A DNA stretch of 64,000 bases from Parvicellaceae bacterium. GTDB taxonomy: Bacteria; Bacteroidota; Bacteroidia; Flavobacteriales_D; Parvicellaceae. The stretch is from NCBI GenBank assembly GCA_965230225.1, contig CBDDKM010000002.1, forward strand, positions 224,914-288,913, written 5' to 3'. Under the pieces are notes generated by a model that made no database searches, was not told the DNA's origin, and saw only the letters and a list, made by a program, of their open reading frames with translations. Shown here piece after piece: positions 30,201 to 37,966 of the stretch. Every line of letters begins with the position of its first letter. Positions within the stretch are counted from its first letter, which is position 1. A program made the position numbers and the translations under genes.

Positions 30201-31175
30201 GGTTTGAAAGTTATTTACAAGTGTATCTCCCTTAACAAAATTGACACGAAACAATCCATCTCCCTGGGTACCAAACCACACTTCACTCTCTGAGTAAGTA
30301 AGTACCGAACTAACTACATTAAACTTATTGTTCCCACTACTATACTTGTTTTTAAACTCGTAAAACTCAATGTAGTCTTCGTGCCTTTTGGCAAAGTTAA
30401 GGCCGTTGTTGGTACCCACCAACACGTATTTACCAGGCCCTTTTCCTAAGGTTCGGATGTTATTGTCCGAAATGCTATTGATGCCGTTGATGTGCTTGTA
30501 CACTTCAATATCATCTGTTTCCCGATCAATGAGGCAAATTCCACCTCCATCGGTCCCCACCCAAACAAAATCTTCATCCAAATAAAGGCTTGAAGTTTTA
30601 TTGGTGCTCATTCCATTATACGACTGAAATATTCTATGTTCTTTTTTCTCAGGATCATAGTGAATTACACCATTCTTTCCGGTAGCGATCCAATAGGTTC
30701 CATCATAATCTTTCTTAACATCCTTAATATCAAATGAATTTCCTTTTTCGGAAATATTAACTTGCTGGAATCGCTTTAACCTGGGGTTATAAATGTTTAA
30801 TCCTCCGGTTTGAGTACCGATCCAAATTAAGCCATCATCATCCTGATACAAGCTATTGATAAAGGAATTGGAAATGGAATTTCTGGTGTTGTTGTCTTGT
30901 TTAAACTCTTTTACATGATACCCATCATACCTGTTCAGCCCATCCTGAGTACCAATCCACATGTACCCTTGCTGATCTTCCAAAATACAATTAACAGTAC
31001 TTTGAGATAACCCATCCTTAATGGTAAGTCTGGAAAAACGGATAGTTTTTAATTGCTGTGCTACCCCGCTTAGTGAAATTAAGCACAGAACAATGAGGTG
31101 GTATTTTTTGAAGAGTTTCATGAGAAAGAAACCAGAAAGCCCCAACTTCGTAAAGTCAAGGCTTTTGTTTTTCAA
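27204..31175 (-). CDS. multidomain sensor: signal peptide, beta-propeller repeats, Y_Y_Y, TM, class III adenylate/guanylate cyclase, C-terminal HD phosphohydrolase domain
   Basis: Propeller repeats ([10 protein letters not shown]..., IWIGTQ...). TM [17 protein letters not shown]. Cyclase motifs MFTDIKGFT...[10 protein letters not shown]...[36 protein letters not shown]. Terminal HGIHHTLDV...YHDAGF...[12 protein letters not shown] is an HD motif (H..HD...D). Confidence 0.8.
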   Translation of the reverse strand: [1323 protein letters not shown]

Positions 31176-31207
31176 TTCTATGGAATATTATGATTTATCA
31201 AATTATC

Positions 31208-32794
31208 TTATTCTACTATTTGAGCATCTTCACTGGCGTCACCAGAATTATCTGCCTCTTCTTCTTTCTTGTTTCTCAAATAGCTTGGTAGTTCCATTCC
31301 TGCCATGTTAAACATGTCTTCTAATGGTGGAACTGATTTATACAATCCGCTTAAGAAATTGGCCGTAGAAGTTTTCTCCCCGTTACCATTTCCGTTACCA
31401 CCATCCCAAACAGTAACTTTATCAATTTTAATGTTCTTAATAGCTTCTGCTTGAGTCTTAACCAATTCAGGAAGTTTATCTACAACTAATAATAGTACAG
31501 CATCTTTGGCATTATCACCTGCTGCAGCCACAACCTGTTGTAAACCTTCTGCTTGCTTGGTAAGAATTTCATATAAACCTTTTGCTTCCGCTTCTTTCTT
31601 ATAGAAAATCGCATCTGCCTCACCTCGAGCAATTCTTCTGATATTTTCTGCCTCAGCTTCTGCGTTAATCTCTATTCTGGATTTCTCAATTTCAGCAGGT
31701 ATAACGATGTCTGCATACTGAGAAGCTTTGTCTCTGGCAGCACGTTGGTCCTCCGCTTTCTTTTCAGATTTATAGGCTTCTTCTAATGCCTCTGCAGACT
31801 GAACTTTCTCAGCTACAATTGCTTTTCTCTCAGCCTCTGCTTGCTTCTCTCTTCTTAATGCATCGGAATCGGCAATTTCAATTCTCGCCTTGTTCTCCCC
31901 ATCAATTGCTTCTGCGTTGGCTGCAGATGTCTGAACACGTTCATCTCTTCCTGCTTCTGCCTCACCAATTTTCGCTTTCGCATTGGCAGCAGCTACTTGA
32001 GTACGCTCTGTTTGTTCTGCGTTAGCCTCTCCAATTTTTGCTTTTGCATTGGCTTCAGATACTTTAATACGTTGATCCTGTACAGCGTTAGCTTCTCCAA
32101 TAGATCCATCTCTATTTTTTTGAGCAACACTTACTCTCGCCTCGTTAATTGCGTGAGCTGCAGCCTCTTTCCCTAATGCCTCAATATATCCGGACTCATC
32201 TCTAATATCGGTAATGTTTACGTTGATCAGTTTCAAACCAATCTTCTTCAACTCTGCCTCCACACTGTGAGATACATTAGCCAGGAACTTATCCCTGTTA
32301 CTGTTAATCTCTTCAATTTCCATGGTAGCAATTACCAACCTCAACTGACCGAAGATAATCTCTTTTGCCACTTGCTTAATTTGCTCGTTCGTTTGTCCTA
32401 ACAAACGCTCAGCAGCGTTATTCATAATGGCAGGCTCCGTTGCAATACCGATGGTAAAGCTGGAAGGAATATCCACACGGATATTTTGCTTAGAAAGTGC
32501 ATTTTTTAACTCAACATCCAACGAGATAGGAGTTAAGTCCAGAAAAGCATAGTCCTGAATTACAGGCCAAATGAAAGCGGCACCACCTTGAATACACTTA
32601 GCGGATTTACCATCTCCTCCACCTACTTTTCCATAAACCACAAGGATTCTATCCGATGGACATCTTTTATACCTTCTGATCCATACAACAATAATTACGA
32701 ATAGCATTAATACACCGGCTACAATAGCAACCAATGCAAACGGAACTCCTCCAATGCTATCAATATCTGTTTGTAATAAACTCAAATTTCTCAT
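31208..32794 (-). CDS. flotillin-like SPFH (band 7) protein, YqiK/FloT type
   Basis: N-terminal TM, an SPFH core, then EA-rich heptad repeats (EANAKAKIGEANAEQTERTQVAAANAKAKIGEAEAG...) characteristic of flotillins. Confidence 0.8.
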   Translation of the reverse strand: MRNLSLLQTDIDSIGGVPFALVAIVAGVLMLFVIIVVWIRRYKRCPSDRILVVYGKVGGGDGKSAKCIQGGAAFIWPVIQDYAFLDLTPISLDVELKNALSKQNIRVDIPSSFTIGIATEPAIMNNAAERLLGQTNEQIKQVAKEIIFGQLRLVIATMEIEEINSNRDKFLANVSHSVEAELKKIGLKLINVNITDIRDESGYIEALGKEAAAHAINEARVSVAQKNRDGSIGEANAVQDQRIKVSEANAKAKIGEANAEQTERTQVAAANAKAKIGEAEAGRDERVQTSAANAEAIDGENKARIEIADSDALRREKQAEAERKAIVAEKVQSAEALEEAYKSEKKAEDQRAARDKASQYADIVIPAEIEKSRIEINAEAEAENIRRIARGEADAIFYKKEAEAKGLYEILTKQAEGLQQVVAAAGDNAKDAVLLLVVDKLPELVKTQAEAIKNIKIDKVTVWDGGNGNGNGEKTSTANFLSGLYKSVPPLEDMFNMAGMELPSYLRNKKEEEADNSGDASEDAQIVE

Positions 32795-32806
32795 AGTTGG
32801 GATATG

Positions 32807-33388
32807 TTATTTTTTTAATTTTTCTACTAGTAATATTTCATCATTAATGACCTCAGTCACTTTAACCACAACTCCTCGCTGCAGATCTTCCATATCATCT
32901 GTTAAAGCTTCTAACTCTCTTAATGCTCCTTGAACCTTCACCTGAATTTTCCCCATTGTTGCACGCTCTTTACCTATTGGTAAATACACTTCTCCAATAG
33001 CTCCAATGGCATTTTTCATGTTTAGTGTTCCACTCTCCACCATTTTACTCATACCATAAAACAATAGAGCCATAATGGCCATCATCACAGAACCACAAAT
33101 GATAGAAACAATAATAGTAGTTGCGGTGCTATAATCGGCATGAATACAGGCTAAACCTGACCAGGAAAACACGGTAAAAAATCCAATAAGGTTTTTTACG
33201 GTGAAAAACTGAAAATCCATTCCCATATCGCCAGTTACATCGGCATCAGGTCCTCCCATATCATCCACGTCACCACCAATAAAGGTCATGAGTACAATAA
33301 AAGCAAAGAAAAGTGATGAGATCAGGGCCATTACCCAATAGATCATTTCAAGCGTGTCGAGGGAACTCCACCATTCTGTCATAGTCAA
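32807..33388 (-). CDS. NfeD/YqiJ-like membrane protein (flotillin partner)
   Basis: Multi-TM N-terminus plus a short C-terminal beta domain. It sits immediately upstream of the flotillin gene, as in yqiJK operons. Confidence 0.6.
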   Translation of the reverse strand: MTMTEWWSSLDTLEMIYWVMALISSLFFAFIVLMTFIGGDVDDMGGPDADVTGDMGMDFQFFTVKNLIGFFTVFSWSGLACIHADYSTATTIIVSIICGSVMMAIMALLFYGMSKMVESGTLNMKNAIGAIGEVYLPIGKERATMGKIQVKVQGALRELEALTDDMEDLQRGVVVKVTEVINDEILLVEKLKK

Positions 33389-33391
33389 ATG

Positions 33392-35224
33392 TTATTTAAT
33401 TTCAACTCCAATTACAAGGATATCGTCCACTTGTTCAAAAGAGCCTTTCCACTCTTCTATTTTAGCGTCCAATATGTCCTTTTGTTCATCCATTGGCAAC
33501 TCCTTAATGGAAAGTAAGATTTCGCGGAATTGTCTATACATGAACTTTTTACCTTTTAGCCCTCCGAATTGATCGGCGTAGCCATCTGTAAATATATAAA
33601 TGGAATCTCCTTTTTGCAACTGAAATTCGTGATTTGTATAAGCCTTTTCTCCATGCTCAAAACTAGCAATGGCCAGTTTATCCGCCTTTGTTTGAATCAA
33701 CTCTTTATCGCGAATGATGTACAAAGGATTATTTGCCCCGGAAAACTCAAGCATTTTGGTTTCCTTGTGGATAGAACAAATGGCTACATCCATACCATCT
33801 CTCACATTGCTACCCTCTTCGGATTTGTTAAGAGCATCAGACGATAGCCTGTTCAGTTCATTCAAAATTTCAGAAGGTGTATCTTGTTTATTCCCATTTA
33901 CAATTTGGTTCAGGGCATTAGCTCCAATCAAACTCATAAATGCTCCGGGAACACCGTGCCCGGTACAATCTACAGCAGTAAATACCACTTTATCTTCTGT
34001 TTCCGAAAACCAATAAAAGTCTCCGGATACAATATCCTTGGGCTTAAATAACACAAAACTATGTGGTAGTATTCTTTTGATATAAGAATCCTGAGGAAGA
34101 ATCGAATCCTGCAATCTCTTAGCATATCGAATACTATCTGTTACGTCCTTATACAGTTCTTCCAGCTTCTCACTTTGTCTTTCAATCTCTTCTTTCTGAC
34201 GAACAACCTCCTTCGTTCTTTCGATTACCTTTTGCTCTAGAATTCGCTCACTCTCCGCCAATTCATCACGCATCACTAATAAGGCGTGTCCTAAAGTGTC
34301 TTCCTCACTCAATGGCTCATAGTGGGCATCGAAATGACTCTTACCTACCTCATTAGCGAAATCGGTTGTTTGCTTCAAACCATTTACCAATTGGTTCATG
34401 GCCACCGACATCTCTCCAATTTCGTCGTTACTCGGCTTAATTTGCTTTTTAGGAAACACCCCTCGACCAAGTCCTATCAAAATTCCTTTTAATTCCTGAA
34501 CCGGCCTGGTAATGCTTAATGTAGTAACCATTGCAATGATTACAGTACCCAATGTAAGCACTGCTCCTGCAATTAATATCCCGAGAAAGAGCCAACCAAA
34601 ATTATTGTTGGTGTATTCGAAATTCTTCGACATCTGTTTCTTTTGCTCTTTCGCATCCAGATTCTTTCGATGAAGAAGATCCTCTAACTCTGTAAGGATA
34701 TCGTGTGTTTTTGGTTCAATTTCGAGGTCCAAAGCATCTCTTGCAATAAAGGCAATGGTTGGATCCTCATAACTAATAAAGTCTACCAGCATGCCTCTTA
34801 CATGATTGTTGTAAAGGCCAAAAAGTTCTTCAATATCTGCCTTAATTTTTCGAAACTTAAGGTGATCATCATTCTTGGTTGTATCCCATCTCAACACCAG
34901 TTCTTCCAAACGATTTAAGTTTTGAGGAACGATGGTATCAATCAATTTCCCAGCTGCAATTTTAGAAGCTTCATCCTCACGACTCTGGCGATTAACCCAG
35001 TCTTGAATATAATTCTGACAATTAAGGATATTTTCTTTTAAGGTATTGAGTTCATCTACGGTTGGCTGACCAACCTCTACGTAGACCTCGTTGGAATTAA
35101 TGCTTTCCTGCAAAGTTTGCTCAGCATCAGTCACTACATATAATGTAATACCAAATATGGAAAGGAGGAGGATAACTACAATACCAAACCCCAATCCTAT
35201 TTTTTTTCCAACCGTAAACCTCAT
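33392..35224 (-). CDS. membrane sensor with HAMP and PPM/PP2C-type (SpoIIE/RsbU-like) serine phosphatase domain
   Basis: Two TM segments flank a ~170-aa sensor region, followed by a HAMP-like linker, a coiled coil and PP2C motifs (FTAVDCTGHGVPGAFMSLIGANALNQ..., DGMDVAICSI, IFTDGYADQFGG). Confidence 0.75.
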   Translation of the reverse strand: MRFTVGKKIGLGFGIVVILLLSIFGITLYVVTDAEQTLQESINSNEVYVEVGQPTVDELNTLKENILNCQNYIQDWVNRQSREDEASKIAAGKLIDTIVPQNLNRLEELVLRWDTTKNDDHLKFRKIKADIEELFGLYNNHVRGMLVDFISYEDPTIAFIARDALDLEIEPKTHDILTELEDLLHRKNLDAKEQKKQMSKNFEYTNNNFGWLFLGILIAGAVLTLGTVIIAMVTTLSITRPVQELKGILIGLGRGVFPKKQIKPSNDEIGEMSVAMNQLVNGLKQTTDFANEVGKSHFDAHYEPLSEEDTLGHALLVMRDELAESERILEQKVIERTKEVVRQKEEIERQSEKLEELYKDVTDSIRYAKRLQDSILPQDSYIKRILPHSFVLFKPKDIVSGDFYWFSETEDKVVFTAVDCTGHGVPGAFMSLIGANALNQIVNGNKQDTPSEILNELNRLSSDALNKSEEGSNVRDGMDVAICSIHKETKMLEFSGANNPLYIIRDKELIQTKADKLAIASFEHGEKAYTNHEFQLQKGDSIYIFTDGYADQFGGLKGKKFMYRQFREILLSIKELPMDEQKDILDAKIEEWKGSFEQVDDILVIGVEIK

Positions 35225-35259
35225 TATACTACAAAAGGAATCCTTCCGGATTCCTCAGT

Positions 35260-36198
35260 TTAATCATTCTTTTCTTCGTCGTTCTGGCCTCCGCCTCCCT
35301 GTTCTGCTTTCTCAATCTTCTTCAATTCATTATCGAAAAACAGGTATTTTTCCATGTCGTTCATGGTTTTATATATTCCTCGGAAACCTTCTATAATTTC
35401 TTTGCTCTTTCTAAGTTTATAAGCCTTTTTCAAGTAAGGCAATGCCAATATACAATTCTCTAATAGTTTCTCTTGTGCATCAATTACATCCTTAAGATCT
35501 GTTTCATCATCCAATTCCAAAATCAGATCTACTCCTTTGTTGTAATAGATAATTCCAATATCAAATAGTGCCGTATAATTGGTGCTGTCTATAGCCAATG
35601 TTTTCTGGTAGGAAGCAACTGCTTTATCCAGATATCCAACATTGTTTTTACGATCGTTCTCGTACATTTCTTCGTAAACTCCTCCAAGTGCATTGTTAAA
35701 CATAATGTCTTGCGCCGTAAAGTCATAATCAGGTTTTACCTTAATCATCGTAGACTTAAACAGATCGTACATCTCAATGGCCTTTTCGTAGTGGTTAGTA
35801 TCCAGTCTATTTACTGCATCGTTCTGATACTTAATAGCCATACTTTTAACTCCCTTAACGTTGTTTACTTTAAATTCATCAGAAGTGTCAAGCTTAAGAG
35901 AAGTCATGAACGACTCAATAGCACATTCTCTCGATTTTGCATCCGCCACTCCCAACTCTGTGCTTTTATATAAATCTCTGCAAATGAATCCTTTTACGTG
36001 CCATGCATAAGAATCATTATTTACCTCTTCGCAAAGAGCCATTGCACTATCCATTAACTCCAGTGCTCTAGCGAAATCTTTATTTTGATATGCTTCCAGA
36101 GCAAGATCATCGTACAAACAATACTTATTCTGAGCAGTAACCCCAAGCGTAGAGACCAATGCAACAACTAACGATATGTATTTGATCCACTTCATCAT
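35260..36198 (-). CDS. secreted TPR-repeat protein
   Basis: Signal peptide, TPR-like A/Y/L periodicity (ARALELMDSAMAL..., LDKAVASYQKTLAID) and an acidic C-terminal tail. Confidence 0.5.
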   Translation of the reverse strand: MMKWIKYISLVVALVSTLGVTAQNKYCLYDDLALEAYQNKDFARALELMDSAMALCEEVNNDSYAWHVKGFICRDLYKSTELGVADAKSRECAIESFMTSLKLDTSDEFKVNNVKGVKSMAIKYQNDAVNRLDTNHYEKAIEMYDLFKSTMIKVKPDYDFTAQDIMFNNALGGVYEEMYENDRKNNVGYLDKAVASYQKTLAIDSTNYTALFDIGIIYYNKGVDLILELDDETDLKDVIDAQEKLLENCILALPYLKKAYKLRKSKEIIEGFRGIYKTMNDMEKYLFFDNELKKIEKAEQGGGGQNDEEKND

Positions 36199-36716
36199 AA
36201 CACGTTCGTTGCTAATTTGGTTAATGTTTGTCCTATAACAAGGTTGGATTTTCCAGCATTCTTCTTGCTGATTTCGAATGCAATTTTACTGTCCTTAACC
36301 AGGAAATTAATCACAGCTCCATCTTCTAATGATCCAGAATCATTGGAAACAATAAGCGTTTTATTCTTGGTAAATTTCTTAGACAATTCGTTTACTTTAG
36401 AACTATACTTGTTCGCAATATACAAAATATGGCAAGTACTTATACCGGAAACAGCATCAAAGAATTTAACTTTAATAACCTGACTACCAATAGACTTACC
36501 TGTATACGAAGCCGAAAGTTGTTCGTATAAATCACGATCTCCGTAAACACCAATTACAAAATCTCCGGTCTTATACTCCTTTGGCCAGTCCACATTTTTG
36601 GCAAACTGGTATACATAAATACCTTTAATCTTATTATTGGCTTTATCGGCACTCTGACCATAAGAAAATCCTCCTAGAAGGATTACAAACAGTAGTATGC
36701 TGAAAAACCGTGTCAC
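36195..36716 (-). CDS. DUF4154 / YfiR-like periplasmic protein
   Basis: Signal peptide. KIKGIYVYQFAKNVDWP...FVIGVYGD...LIVSND...GAVINFL resembles the YfiR/DUF4154 pattern. The ATGA overlap with the TPR gene suggests translational coupling. Confidence 0.5.
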   Translation of the reverse strand: MTRFFSILLFVILLGGFSYGQSADKANNKIKGIYVYQFAKNVDWPKEYKTGDFVIGVYGDRDLYEQLSASYTGKSIGSQVIKVKFFDAVSGISTCHILYIANKYSSKVNELSKKFTKNKTLIVSNDSGSLEDGAVINFLVKDSKIAFEISKKNAGKSNLVIGQTLTKLATNVL

Positions 36717-36844
36717 TTTCGGGTGATTATTTCTTTAGTTGGTTACGCAAGATAAAAAAAATTACCTTACCTATTTGACTGAATTGTTGTTATCGCTCAA
36801 TGGAATGACGAAAACCATGCCAAAGGAGATTGACGTACCAATTA

Positions 36845-37303
36845 TCAAGATTTTACAAAGCCTTTTTTCTTCTTTTTACCCCCCTTTGGTTGAGACCTGG
36901 ACTTATTCTTTTTCTTGTTGTACTTCTTATTGTACCCTCGCCCTTTATTCTTAGTAGTAAAAGAGTCTTTTTCCTTTAGTTTCTTTTTTGATCGCTTTGG
37001 GGGCTTAGTCTTTTTATTCTTTTTGAGTTTAAGCTTCTTTTTCTTTTGCCTGTCAGGTGGAGTACCACTGTACTGGGATCTCTGACGTTTCTTTTTATTC
37101 CTCGTTTTAAATGGATCCTCCGTTGGTTTCAGTTGCCCTCCGGCCCTTTTAAACCCAAACAACCCCTTCTTATTGGTGTTTTTCTTCTTCTTTTTCTTTT
37201 TTTGAGATGAAGGGTCTCGATATTGCCCATAGCAATCATAGGTAACAGCCCCAGAGGCCATTACCAATGTAATTGCTAATAATATTCTGACAATAAATTT
37301 CAA
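36845..37303 (-). CDS. putative secreted, extremely lysine-rich low-complexity protein
   Basis: A clean signal peptide (MKFIVRILLAITLVMASGA) is followed by ~120 aa that are over 40% Lys (KKKKKKKN..., KKKRQRS, KKKKLKLKKNKK...). It occupies an otherwise empty 600-bp gap. It could also be a spurious ORF across an A/T-rich spacer. Confidence 0.35.
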   Translation of the reverse strand: MKFIVRILLAITLVMASGAVTYDCYGQYRDPSSQKKKKKKKNTNKKGLFGFKRAGGQLKPTEDPFKTRNKKKRQRSQYSGTPPDRQKKKKLKLKKNKKTKPPKRSKKKLKEKDSFTTKNKGRGYNKKYNKKKNKSRSQPKGGKKKKKGFVKS

Positions 37304-37315
37304 ACTTAATATTTG

Positions 37316-37822
37316 CTATTGAGCATCTTCAATTGCAGACATCACATCAAGGTCTCTGTCGAACATGTACAGCCCACCTTTGTCTTCTCCAATCATGTTT
37401 AGTTTATCCAAAATAGTTCTGGCCAAAGCCTCCTCTTCCAATTGCTCTGCTACATACCACTGCATAAAGTTATAAGTTGTATAATCTTTTTCCGTCAAGC
37501 AAAGGTCAACAATGTTATTAATGCTGTCTGTTACATTTAGCTCATGCTCCAATAAACTCCCGAAAATATCAGCTAAACCATTGTAAGTTGCTGGAGGAGC
37601 ACTTAGTGCAGGCACTACTGCAGCACCACCTCTTTCATTAATGAATTTTACCAGTTTAAGCATGTGCATTCTTTCCTCATCGCTATGAGCATAAAGGAAT
37701 TTAGCCGTTCCTGTAAGTCCTTTTGTTTCTGCCCATGACGCCATGGAAAGATAAAATTGAGAAGAAGAAGCTTCTAACTCAATTTGTTTATTTAATGCTT
37801 CGTGTATTGTATCTTTTAGCAT
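37316..37822 (-). CDS. ftnA: ferritin (non-haem, FtnA-like)
   Basis: ALNKQIELEASSSQFYLSMASWAETKGLTGTAKFLYAHSDEERMHMLKL is the ferritin ferroxidase-centre region. The 168-aa length fits. Confidence 0.8.
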   Translation of the reverse strand: MLKDTIHEALNKQIELEASSSQFYLSMASWAETKGLTGTAKFLYAHSDEERMHMLKLVKFINERGGAAVVPALSAPPATYNGLADIFGSLLEHELNVTDSINNIVDLCLTEKDYTTYNFMQWYVAEQLEEEALARTILDKLNMIGEDKGGLYMFDRDLDVMSAIEDAQ

Positions 37823-37966
37823 AACCGTATTTTTAATAAGCTTTCAAAGATAAATTTTTCTGTGTTTTATGAATCAAATATTCTATTGAATTTTCATTAA
37901 AAAAATGCACCCAAAATCTACCATGAACTAGTAAGAAACAACGATCTTCATCATAACAGCTAATAA

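Noticed and set aside
27204-31175. Cyclase as a Pycsar/CBASS-type antiphage signalling enzyme
   Set aside because: The architecture (periplasmic propeller sensor, TM, class III cyclase) is that of an environmental sensor. There is no adjacent effector (TIR, TM pore or nuclease), and defence-context cyclases are small cytoplasmic proteins.
36717-37315. Possibility that the poly-Lys ORF region is instead an IS or prophage remnant
   Set aside because: There are no inverted terminal repeats, no transposase or integrase motifs, and the region is only 600 bp. It is kept only as a candidate secreted K-rich protein.
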